This document shows, piece by piece, positions 39,107 through 47,331 of a stretch of DNA of 64,000 nt. Position numbers and translations under genes: made by a program. Every line of letters begins with the position of its first letter. The first letter of the stretch is position 1. The notes under the pieces are model-generated. The model was given only the letters and a program-made list of their open reading frames with translations, was not told the origin of the DNA and did not search any database. Source of the DNA: a virus (taxonomy: Duplodnaviria; Heunggongvirae; Uroviricota; Caudoviricetes); IMG/VR virus record IMGVR_UViG_3300034095_001584; one strand, given 5' to 3'.

Positions 39107-39443
39107 ATATTAAATCAAAATAGGAAGGACTAATGATTACCTCCAAGTTTCAGAATCACGACTGGTTATTCATCCACAGTCCACACGGGTAATTACTCCT
39201 TGTGTTAATGACTGATGGGATTTTGTTTTCCCCACAACGGGCTACGATTTATCATATATTTTAGCTACGGTCCCGTTACGCTCAAATTTGGGGTTGAACG
39301 ACCTCAAATTCTCCATAGACTTACCCCCCATGATTCCTACTCCAACCAATATACAACGTTTTTCAACGCCATATATTGTGCGTTACAACTAAACTAATCG
39401 TTGTTCCGCCACTATCTTAAATTGTTAAAGAACTATCAAAAAA

Positions 39444-39721
39444 TGGTAGGCGTGAGTGGATTCGAACCACCGCTTTACAGATTTTCGTACCACTATAATT
39501 TTCATTACACATTTCTGTTTTGTGGTCTGGACTTTCTCTTCATCATAACATTTCTGTTTTAGATGTTTGCCGTTAAGTCTCTACACCTTCTCATTTCTGA
39601 GCTTGGCTCGGGATTGGCAGTTAAGCTTTCCCCGAATTTGACAAATTCTACTTTAGAGATTTCTCTCTAAGCACTCAATTTACGCTAAAGTCTGTTGACT
39701 CTTCCGCTGGTCTACACGCCC
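39444..39721 (-). tRNA. split tRNA gene (anticodon UAA, class I) interrupted by ~202-nt intron after U34
   Basis: 5' exon 39721..39688 holds acceptor GGGCGTG, D arm with GG, anticodon 5' stem ACAGA and CUU; 3' exon 39485..39444 holds AAAA, TCTGT, AAAGC, GGTGG-TTCGAAT-CCACT, CACGCCT, A, CCA. Confidence 0.6.
39486..39687 (-). ncRNA. putative group I intron in tRNA anticodon loop
   Basis: exon ends in U, intron ends in G; intron GAGU can pair with exon ACUU giving a U.G P1 helix; no ORF inside. Confidence 0.4.
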
Positions 39722-39806
39722 ATTTAAATTACTTACAAAGAACTATTACTTACTACTCTTTCATCTTATCACATCATCCTCTGATGTCAACTGGTTTTTC
39801 AAAAAA

Positions 39807-39890
39807 TGGTGGCTATGGAGGGACTTGCACCCCCACGGTTTTACCCACGGCTTTTTGAGAACCGCATGTCTTCTATTCCATCACATAGCC
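39807..39890 (-). tRNA. tRNA-Leu (anticodon CAA), class II with long variable arm, CCA encoded
   Basis: acceptor GGCTATG/CATAGCC, anticodon stem CGGTT/AGCCG with loop CTCAAAA, 14-nt variable arm, T arm GGGGG-TGCAAGT-CCCTC. Confidence 0.65.
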
Positions 39891-39898
39891 ATTAAATT

Positions 39899-39975
39899 TG
39901 GTAGTCCAGGTGGGGATTGCACCCACGACCTCACCCTTATAAGGAGTGTGCTCTGACAAACTGAGCTACTGGACC
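39899..39975 (-). tRNA. tRNA-Ile (anticodon UAU), 77 nt, CCA encoded
   Basis: acceptor GGTCCAG/CTGGACT (G1.U72), D arm GCTC-AGTTTGTCA-GAGC, anticodon loop CTTATAA, T arm GTGGG-TGCAATC-CCCAC. Confidence 0.65.
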
Positions 39976-40075
39976 ACTAAAGTTTTTTAAAGAACTAAAT
40001 TGTTGAATTCTTAGTTACAGAGTTTATTCTGTATGCAATAGTCACTACGTGCAAGTGATTCAACTTTGACTATCT

Positions 40076-40147
40076 AGCGGGGGAGGGAATCGAACCCCCT
40101 ACCTTCCGGTTATGAGCCGGACGATCTATTCCGTTGATCTACCCCGC
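40076..40147 (-). tRNA. tRNA (anticodon CAT), no encoded CCA
   Basis: acceptor GCGGGGT, D arm GATC-AACGGAATA-GATC, anticodon stem TCCGG/CCGGA with loop CTCATAA, T arm GGGGG-TTCGATT-CCCTC; one acceptor/T junction irregularity. Confidence 0.6.
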
Positions 40148-40439
40148 AAATTGTTTTGTTAAAGAACTAACTAAAATCGGTGTGGTTTATTTAAAGTCCA
40201 AACCACAAAATTACTAATGTTCACTTCAACATTAACGAGTTTCTTCTACCTTTGAAACTTCATTTTGAATGAGATTTTTAATCTAAGGTAACCAATCTCA
40301 ATTAACCTAAAATCATCTTATCACACATTGATGTTTTGTCAACATCTAAAATTGTCGCCGGTCTTTTAATTGGCGCTTTAATCCTCTGGTGGGGAACCAA
40401 CTCAAGTGTCCTATTAATCGGATATTCTCCGGGCGTAAA

Positions 40440-40515
40440 TGGTAGCTATGACAGGAATCAAACCTGTATATTCCATCTTATGAGGATGGCGCATCAATCA
40501 TTCTGCCACATAGCC
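40440..40515 (-). tRNA. tRNA (anticodon CAT), 76 nt, CCA encoded
   Basis: acceptor GGCTATG/CATAGCT (G1.U72), anticodon stem CCATC/GATGG with loop CTCATAA, T arm ACAGG-TTTGATT-CCTGT. Confidence 0.7.
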
Positions 40516-40522
40516 ACTGAAA

Positions 40523-40573
40523 TGGTCGCTCGCCTAAGAATCTCACTTAGTTACCAATGGTTATGAGCCATCG
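40523..40573 (-). pseudogene. truncated tRNA, 3' half only (CAT anticodon arm, T arm, acceptor 3' strand and CCA; no 5' half)
   Basis: GATGG-CTCATAA-CCATT, CTAAG-TGAGATT-CTTAG, GCGAGCG-A-CCA present; no complementary 5' acceptor or D arm within 60 nt. Confidence 0.4.
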
Positions 40574-40799
40574 TCAAATAATAACCTGCCGCCAGCTGTT
40601 TAAATTTAAAGAACAAATTAAAAATTGTGTTGGATGTGTTTATTGAATACTTTATCCACCCAACAAACAAAGTATACCATGACTCATCCCCGCAACCAAG
40701 AAGTTTTTTCAGAGACTTCCAACTCTAGGGGTGTTTTGGTTATTTACCCTCCACCAATCAGTTTTGTCTTCTGGACAACTGATCAACCAGAAATATATA

Positions 40800-41522
40800 T
40801 TACTCTATATTTAGTTTAGAGTCAACAAAATCTTTCAATTTTCTTACTCCTTTGCCTGAACAAACTCTTGAACAATATTGAAATTTAGCTGGCTTTCCAC
40901 AACATAAACATTTATTGTTTTTAACATTATGTGGATTTCCTTCATAAAGTTCAATGAAATTTTTCCCATATTTGGACTCTACATATTTAATTATAGGTTT
41001 AATTTCGTTTTTGTCAACCACTAAAATTTTTTCTGTAAAGTATTTTTGTTTATTTTCAAATTCTTTTTCTTTGTACCCTTTTATTTCAACATAAGTTTCT
41101 GACTCAATCAAATAAAAATCTGGATAATATTTAGAAACTTTTCCTTTTGTGTTTATATAATCAAATGATTTAGTATTGCGATTAAATCTTATATTAAGAT
41201 CAATTGAATAAATTACCCATGCTAATTCATAACTGCTATTACAGAATATACCTTTATACCATCCAGACTTTGATCTACCCGATCCCAGTCTAGCTCCACC
41301 GGATTTTCCTTTGAAAAATCCTTTATCTCTAGCTAACTCTTTACATTGCAAAGAACAGAATTTTCTTTTGTCAGACGGCCTAAGATACATTTTTTTATTA
41401 CATTCTACACAATGCAGAATTTTCTTTTCTTTTTTAGAAAGAATAAATTTATCTGGGTTTAATCTGACCAACTCTTTTAGTTTGTTTTTTATTTTTAATT
41501 TAGTTTCTTCAGAGTGTTTCAT
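40800..41522 (-). CDS. free-standing homing-endonuclease-like protein (NUMOD3-type motif, terminal zinc ribbons, possible PD-(D/E)xK core)
   Basis: HSEETKLKIKNKL resembles NUMOD3; CVEC...CSLQC and CLCCG...CSRVC; DFYLIESETYVEIKG; sits inside tRNA cluster. Confidence 0.45.
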   Translation of the reverse strand: MKHSEETKLKIKNKLKELVRLNPDKFILSKKEKKILHCVECNKKMYLRPSDKRKFCSLQCKELARDKGFFKGKSGGARLGSGRSKSGWYKGIFCNSSYELAWVIYSIDLNIRFNRNTKSFDYINTKGKVSKYYPDFYLIESETYVEIKGYKEKEFENKQKYFTEKILVVDKNEIKPIIKYVESKYGKNFIELYEGNPHNVKNNKCLCCGKPAKFQYCSRVCSGKGVRKLKDFVDSKLNIE

Positions 41523-42023
41523 ATCAATAAATAGTATGAACCCCTCTCAAACTATTGATTATTTTTGTCTTAAAAATGGTATCCCATAGCGGTGCTGCCC
41601 CGCTTTCTCCGGAGTGAAAGTCCAGTGATCTAGCTGATAATCTAATGGGACAATAAATTGGTAGGGCCTGACGGTAACGATCCGTCTTCCAGGGATTAAA
41701 AGTCCCTTGCTTCACCATTAAAGCTTAGACCCCATTAAAATTTGTTAAAGAACTTACTACAAAGTCATCTTACTACACATTCTTCTTTTGTCAACTATTT
41801 CTTTGTTCTTTGTTGGTGACTCCCTTTGATTAAAGGTCAAGGCAGTTCCGCCATACGTAGATGTTCTAGAGGAGTGCTTCTCCCACCATGCTGAAAGAAC
41901 AAAGAATCGTTTACTTACTACTTCTTTATCTTACCACTAAGTTTTCAAAGATCAACTTCTTTTTTCAAGAAGTTTTGAGGTAAATTATAAATATAATGAA
42001 ATATTCAAATTTTACCAGAAATT

Positions 42024-42099
42024 TGGTGTCCCCACCAGAAATCGAATCTGGATCATTCGCTTAGAAGGCGAATGCTCTAACCATTTGAGCTATAGGGAC
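42024..42099 (-). tRNA. tRNA-Arg (anticodon UCU), 76 nt, CCA encoded
   Basis: acceptor GTCCCTA/TGGGGAC, D arm GCTC-AAATGGTTA-GAGC, anticodon stem TTCGC/GCGAA with loop CTTCTAA, T arm CCAGA-TTCGATT-TCTGG. Confidence 0.8.
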
Positions 42100-42109
42100 A
42101 TTCAATTAT

Positions 42110-42439
42110 TTAGTTTTCAAGTTCTTTCTGAATTTGTTTTCCAAGTTCAGTAAGACCAAACAATGGTTCATTATCATCATTGTAACCTACAATTTCCATA
42201 ATACCATCTGCAACCATCTTGTCAACTGTTTGTTTGACTTCATTCAGAGCAAGTTCATTGTAAATTTCCTCTGCTTCTTGTTCAGAACATTCAAATTCTG
42301 ACATAAGAAACTGAATTGACAAGACTTTTTCTGACTCAACAATATTTTTTTGATTTTCTTTAACGTCAAGGTTAACGCAGTGTTCTAGTAGATCATCTAC
42401 GCTACCCTTGAATGTTCCTGGCAAGTTGGATTTATCCAT
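42110..42439 (-). CDS. hypothetical acidic protein
   Basis: 109-aa ORF. Confidence 0.5.
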   Translation of the reverse strand: MDKSNLPGTFKGSVDDLLEHCVNLDVKENQKNIVESEKVLSIQFLMSEFECSEQEAEEIYNELALNEVKQTVDKMVADGIMEIVGYNDDNEPLFGLTELGKQIQKELEN

Positions 42440-42450
42440 GTATGTATTGT

Positions 42451-42753
42451 TTACTTTAGATTTGTTACAAATGGAACGCCCTTGTAATAACGTACAGAGC
42501 GGTCAGCAATTTGATTCAGTGCCTTAGAAACACGGTGTGGAGTCTTTACCTTTGTACCCCATCCCTTTTCAGCACGGCCAGTTGCAATAACAATAGCCTT
42601 TTGCTTATTGAAGCGGTCACCGGCCTTGGTATTGGTGTAACTCCATCCAAACCGGACAGATCCGTCAATTACGGTTGCAACAACCATGCCACGGGGTTGG
42701 TCATCACGGTCACGTACAAACTGCATCAACATGGGCTTATCAATAGTGTTCAT
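42451..42753 (-). CDS. hypothetical protein
   Basis: 100-aa ORF. Confidence 0.5.
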   Translation of the reverse strand: MNTIDKPMLMQFVRDRDDQPRGMVVATVIDGSVRFGWSYTNTKAGDRFNKQKAIVIATGRAEKGWGTKVKTPHRVSKALNQIADRSVRYYKGVPFVTNLK

Positions 42754-42816
42754 TTTTATTTTTTATTTTGTGTTAATTCAGACTACATATTTAGAATACC
42801 ACGGATTTTCTCAAAG

Positions 42817-43032
42817 TCAACGGTTTTTTCCTGCCAAGGGAACAAACGCATTTTTTGGGACTTCCAGTAGGATATCACCGTCAGAGAGCACCAAGTTGAC
42901 GGTCATGTCATTGAGGGATTCAATCTTTTCAATATCAAAAATGTCATTCTTGGACAGATATTTTGGCCAGACTTCTTGCAAACGAGTCTTGTCAATATCA
43001 ATATCAATGTTTTTTAGAATTTTGATTTTCAT
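42817..43032 (-). CDS. hypothetical small protein
   Basis: 71-aa ORF. Confidence 0.45.
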   Translation of the reverse strand: MKIKILKNIDIDIDKTRLQEVWPKYLSKNDIFDIEKIESLNDMTVNLVLSDGDILLEVPKNAFVPLAGKNR

Positions 43033-43072
43033 ATGTTCTTTATTGTATCTGGTTTATGTTTGTTGTCAAAAT

Positions 43073-43110
43073 AAAAAAATCTGAATAAGTTTCCCTATTC
43101 AGACTTTTCT
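43073..43110 (-). terminator. stem-loop terminator (A-run, tctgaata...tattcaga, T-rich tail)
   Basis: 8-bp stem with flanking A/T runs downstream of 43130..43492. Confidence 0.5.
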
Positions 43111-43129
43111 AACTTTATTTTATTTAAAA

Positions 43130-43492
43130 TTAATCTAGTGTGAGTAGGTACTTGAGTTTTTGTAATTCACCCAACATTTCATCTCTTATGTTTAATAAGT
43201 TTGTATCTTCTGGTTTGAGTTGTTTAGGCAATTCAGTTACTAAGAATGTTATAAACTCTTCAATGAATTTTTCTGGATCTTTATCTGAAATGTTACTGGA
43301 TTCAACTTTGAATCCACCTTTTGCCATAATTCTAGCATTCTTACCCATGAATTCTTCAATGAATTGATCAATGTATCCAGTGAATGCATCATAAGCACCA
43401 CCAAAAGCTTGATGTTGAGCATAACTTTCAGTTTGCCAATGATAAACCTTCAATTGGTTATGTAGAGTTAAAAATTTTGTAATTAAGTCCAT
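43130..43492 (-). CDS. hypothetical protein
   Basis: 120-aa ORF. Confidence 0.5.
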   Translation of the reverse strand: MDLITKFLTLHNQLKVYHWQTESYAQHQAFGGAYDAFTGYIDQFIEEFMGKNARIMAKGGFKVESSNISDKDPEKFIEEFITFLVTELPKQLKPEDTNLLNIRDEMLGELQKLKYLLTLD

Positions 43493-43507
43493 ATGATATA
43501 AGTATAG

Positions 43508-43981
43508 TTATCTGTGATAAAGTAACTCTTTTTGTTTTAGTTCTTGTATTTTGTTATTATAAAATTCTATTGTTGTTATGTTTTGGATAGATTTATATAA
43601 TTGTATTTGTTCTAATTGATCTAATATCATGAGCCTACGTTCATTTCTCATTTGTGACAATATTTTATATAAATCATCATCTTCTACATTTATATCTGAT
43701 TCTAATTTTGACAGTTTGTATCTTAGATCCGTCTCAACTTTATTCAATGGATCTATTTGATCAATTTGTTGTTCTAATTTACTGATTTTGTGTTTATATG
43801 TTATTTGCGTAGGCAAAAATCCAAGAGTTACTAAAAATAGTACAACACCAACTAGTGTATAAATTTCTTTTTTAGTAAATTTTCTCAATGAAGATGGTTT
43901 AGGTGTCTCAACAACTTGTTCAGTTGTAGGACTAATAGGAGGAGGAGTAAATTCCTTATTACCAACCATGATTTTTCCCAT
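43508..43981 (-). CDS. N-terminal TM helix plus coiled-coil protein (spanin/holin-associated-like topology)
   Basis: IYTLVGVVLFLVTLGFL then long heptad region. Confidence 0.45.
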   Translation of the reverse strand: MGKIMVGNKEFTPPPISPTTEQVVETPKPSSLRKFTKKEIYTLVGVVLFLVTLGFLPTQITYKHKISKLEQQIDQIDPLNKVETDLRYKLSKLESDINVEDDDLYKILSQMRNERRLMILDQLEQIQLYKSIQNITTIEFYNNKIQELKQKELLYHR

Positions 43982-43999
43982 AACAGATTTACTTATAAC

Positions 44000-44233
44000 T
44001 TAGTATTTAACAGACCATCTTTTTGGCGCATTAGGATCTACTGGAGTTGGTTTGTTGGCTTGATGTTGTTGTGCCAATTTATTGACTAAATCATCTACTC
44101 TTGCTTGTTGTGCTGCTTTTTTAGCTTCAACTGCGGCTTGTTGAGCGTCATATTGAGCTTGAGTCATACCAGGGTTGTTTGTGTGTAAACCTCCTACTGG
44201 TCTTAATGTTGTAATTCCACCTGCTACCATCAT
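44000..44233 (-). CDS. hypothetical small protein (Gln/Ala-rich)
   Basis: 77-aa ORF. Confidence 0.45.
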   Translation of the reverse strand: MMVAGGITTLRPVGGLHTNNPGMTQAQYDAQQAAVEAKKAAQQARVDDLVNKLAQQHQANKPTPVDPNAPKRWSVKY

Positions 44234-44292
44234 AATATTCCTTTTGTTAGATTGTTACCTATAAATATTAATTTTATAGTTAATTAGTTATT

Positions 44293-44520
44293 TTATTTGA
44301 GATAACTATCTATGACCAAGGATTCTTGTACCGCATCCAAATAACCCTCATTGATCATATAAGTTAATATTTTATCTCTACACGCATCTCCAGCAGCGTC
44401 TAAATAACAACCTGCGGGATGTTCTAGTATCAATACTGCGCCTTCAGAACATATTCTAACGTCATGGTTATATACACAAACATGTTTACTAGTATCTTCA
44501 ATCATGATTATATATATCAA
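44293..44520 (-). CDS. hypothetical small protein
   Basis: 75-aa ORF, ATGA overlap with next. Confidence 0.45.
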   Translation of the reverse strand: MIYIIMIEDTSKHVCVYNHDVRICSEGAVLILEHPAGCYLDAAGDACRDKILTYMINEGYLDAVQESLVIDSYLK

Positions 44521-44783
44521 ATACTATAATCTAAAAACTCTTCTTGATTATCAAAATGCGCTTTTATATTTTCAGGTTTGCGCCTAAACCTTCCTACTTT
44601 TGGATGATCACTTGAATATACTGTTAATCTTTGACAGCTAAGCGCATAACCACACAAATCTTTAGATAATCCTTTGCGCTCATGCGTTACAACCACATAA
44701 CTTTCATCAGGCACATCCAATTCAAAATCCACTATAATTCTATAATGTTTCTTAATGCTTTTTGCTTGAAGCGCTTCATCCAT
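44517..44783 (-). CDS. hypothetical small protein
   Basis: 88-aa ORF. Confidence 0.45.
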   Translation of the reverse strand: MDEALQAKSIKKHYRIIVDFELDVPDESYVVVTHERKGLSKDLCGYALSCQRLTVYSSDHPKVGRFRRKPENIKAHFDNQEEFLDYSI

Positions 44784-44903
44784 ATTATATTTAATGTGCT
44801 TGCTATTATAATAATTTCAGGAGATTTGTCAATATTATATTTTGATATAAAAAATCCTGTATATAAATACATCATATACAGGTTGCTTAATTTATTTTAA
44901 TTG

Positions 44904-45425
44904 TTACAGATTAATATATAATTTCTTGCCATCCTGACCACTATACTTGAATCTGGTAACAGGCACAGATAGGCTTAATCCTTCTTTGATATGAGGAAAC
45001 TTGCCTTTTTGTACATAAGCCACCGTCATGTGTGGTTTATAATCTGGATATTTATCCTCATTCTTATAACAATCACATCTACGTCTTATTTCAGATAGTA
45101 TCTCATTCTTTTCCACATCAAACTTGACCACATCATACTTTTCATTTTGAAATTGGGTTAAACCAGTAAGTTTAACAACAAATGGTTTGATACCTTGTAG
45201 GATAGTGGCTAAATTAGCCCTTGTTAAGTCAGGAGAATAACCATACTTAGCTGTAATGTGTGGTTCATCATCATAACCATAGGTACTGTCATTTGGATCT
45301 GTATAAAGAATTTGTGGTGGTATTACTGTTTTACCAAATTTAATGATGTGTGGTCCTCTGGTTGGTTCAACTATAGCCATTAAACAACCAAATTCATTGT
45401 GTCTATTTTCTGTAATCAAGTTCAT
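44904..45425 (-). CDS. 2H phosphoesterase (LigT/2',3'-cyclic phosphodiesterase-like)
   Basis: two HxTx motifs (PHITAKYG and PHMTVAYV) ~75 aa apart in a 173-aa protein. Confidence 0.6.
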   Translation of the reverse strand: MNLITENRHNEFGCLMAIVEPTRGPHIIKFGKTVIPPQILYTDPNDSTYGYDDEPHITAKYGYSPDLTRANLATILQGIKPFVVKLTGLTQFQNEKYDVVKFDVEKNEILSEIRRRCDCYKNEDKYPDYKPHMTVAYVQKGKFPHIKEGLSLSVPVTRFKYSGQDGKKLYINL

Positions 45426-46474
45426 ATCTTTTTTAAATATTTGCTGTAATCAGGTATATTTTCATTACTCCATCTACTTAGAGTGAGTCTGTGTGTAATG
45501 TTTTTATCATTATTTTTTCTATTACGGCTGATTAATTTACCGTCAACATAAAAATCAAACATTATGGTTTCATATTTACCAGCTTTAATATTATACGCAC
45601 TTCTACCACCTCTAATATTACTTGCCAAGCTAATAATCTTTAATTTAGCACCTTTTTTAAGATTACCAAGAAAATCATAGGAATTTTCTGTATACTTACT
45701 TGGTTCAGCTTTAACGCCGTCAAATATGTTATTGCCAATGTAATTCAATAAAGAAGATATTTCTTCTGGAGTATAATCAGGTTTAACTTCCTCACCTTTA
45801 GCCAATGATTTACTATTAAGATATAAAGTCAACTGTGCTCTTAACTTATCACTTTCAGTAACAACTACATCATCACCAATAACAAATGGTGTAGACTTTT
45901 CACTTTCACTTACTACTTCAGTTACAATAGCACCATCACTCAATACTTCTATATCTCTCAAAGCGGATTTACCAAATGCAGCAATATTTGGTTTTTCACC
46001 CATCCAATATTCATAAGCTTCACGGGGTAAATATTCCATTAATCTTTTTGGATTTTGTAGTAAATCTTTTTCAATTTCCGCTCTTTCTGGTTGATCATAT
46101 CTACTAATATACTCATAGTATTCATTATCAAATCTTTCCATAATAGCATCTATCAATGTACTATCAGCTACAAAGATTCTACCCGTTGGTTTTATTCTGT
46201 ACAAATATCCTTTATCAATAAATCTACTACGGGGAATTAAACTACTATATACGCAATTTAATCTACTAGGAGCATCTGGAGCAGTTTCTTTTCTTTCTTC
46301 TTCCAATGCTAATTCACCCATCTTATAAGTTAAATAATGTTTATTGGCAGTATCTCTAGGTATTTCTACTGCATCACCAACATTCATTTTACGCAAACTA
46401 CGATGATACAATGGAGTGTTTGTGCTTATTTCACTAAGCAATTGTTCTAAAAGAAGATGGGTTAGTTTAATCAT
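45422..46474 (-). CDS. hypothetical protein with propeptide-like N-terminus MIKLTHLLLEQLLSE
   Basis: 350-aa ORF, ATGA overlap. Confidence 0.55.
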   Translation of the reverse strand: MIKLTHLLLEQLLSEISTNTPLYHRSLRKMNVGDAVEIPRDTANKHYLTYKMGELALEEERKETAPDAPSRLNCVYSSLIPRSRFIDKGYLYRIKPTGRIFVADSTLIDAIMERFDNEYYEYISRYDQPERAEIEKDLLQNPKRLMEYLPREAYEYWMGEKPNIAAFGKSALRDIEVLSDGAIVTEVVSESEKSTPFVIGDDVVVTESDKLRAQLTLYLNSKSLAKGEEVKPDYTPEEISSLLNYIGNNIFDGVKAEPSKYTENSYDFLGNLKKGAKLKIISLASNIRGGRSAYNIKAGKYETIMFDFYVDGKLISRNRKNNDKNITHRLTLSRWSNENIPDYSKYLKKI

Positions 46475-46478
46475 AAAA

Positions 46479-47327
46479 TTACATTACAAATATATCACCA
46501 GTGTTTGATCTCAATACATCTTCAACATAATATGGTATTGTATTTGCAATCATATTCAAATGTTCTTGTGCGTCAGCTAAGTTTTGTGTACTTGCAATAG
46601 TTTTGCTACCATATGGTCCATAACCAACCAAAATGTTTTTGGTCAATGGATTAAATTTAATCTCACCGTCTTTCAAATATTGTACAAACAATTCATAGTA
46701 AAATTCATATGGTCTAAGATGTATTCTACCTTCTCTAGCACTACGCATTGTACCTATATGATTGAATAATCTACCCTTAGCTAAATCATAAGCTCTGGAT
46801 CTTTTATAATCATTATCATTAAAACTATATCTGGTGTTTACTTTTTGTTTACCATACAAAGCAAGTAATTCATCAAATTGTTTATCCAACCAGTTTGTAT
46901 ATTCTTGAAACTGTGGTGTTCTATTCATTGCGTGACCAACTCTATGAACAATTGTCCACGCAGTCATAGGAATTTTATCCGCAGCGGTATTACCTACAAA
47001 GAATACAGTGATATTATCACTATTTATAGTTCTATCACCCAATTCTTCATGTGTCAATCCTAAACCATCTGGTTGTGGTTTGAAGATAAATTCATATGGT
47101 ACTCTACCTTTTTCCGCAAATTTTCTCAATCCAGGCTTGTTAACAAAGTAAAAGTCAAAGTCAACAATTGTATTTTTCAACATATCCTTGACTTTTTGTA
47201 CTGTTACTGGATGGCTAACAGAAGCTCTGTCTCTTGGATCTTTATATGATGCACCCTTTTCAAAGTCACCTATGGTTGTATATGTACCTATAGGCGCTTC
47301 ATTTAGTAAGTCAATAAGTTTAATCAT
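46479..47327 (-). CDS. hypothetical protein with propeptide-like N-terminus MIKLIDLLNEAP
   Basis: 282-aa ORF. Confidence 0.55.
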   Translation of the reverse strand: MIKLIDLLNEAPIGTYTTIGDFEKGASYKDPRDRASVSHPVTVQKVKDMLKNTIVDFDFYFVNKPGLRKFAEKGRVPYEFIFKPQPDGLGLTHEELGDRTINSDNITVFFVGNTAADKIPMTAWTIVHRVGHAMNRTPQFQEYTNWLDKQFDELLALYGKQKVNTRYSFNDNDYKRSRAYDLAKGRLFNHIGTMRSAREGRIHLRPYEFYYELFVQYLKDGEIKFNPLTKNILVGYGPYGSKTIASTQNLADAQEHLNMIANTIPYYVEDVLRSNTGDIFVM

Positions 47328-47331
47328 ATAA

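Noticed and set aside
40336-40819. ORFs 40336..40566(+) and 40625..40819(+)
   Set aside because: They overlap hand-folded tRNA genes and a tRNA fragment on the opposite strand, and have no start context. I judge them spurious.
41524-41718. ORF 41524..41718(-), 64 aa
   Set aside because: It covers a tRNA-like hairpin/ACCA element in a noncoding stretch. It is more likely RNA than protein.
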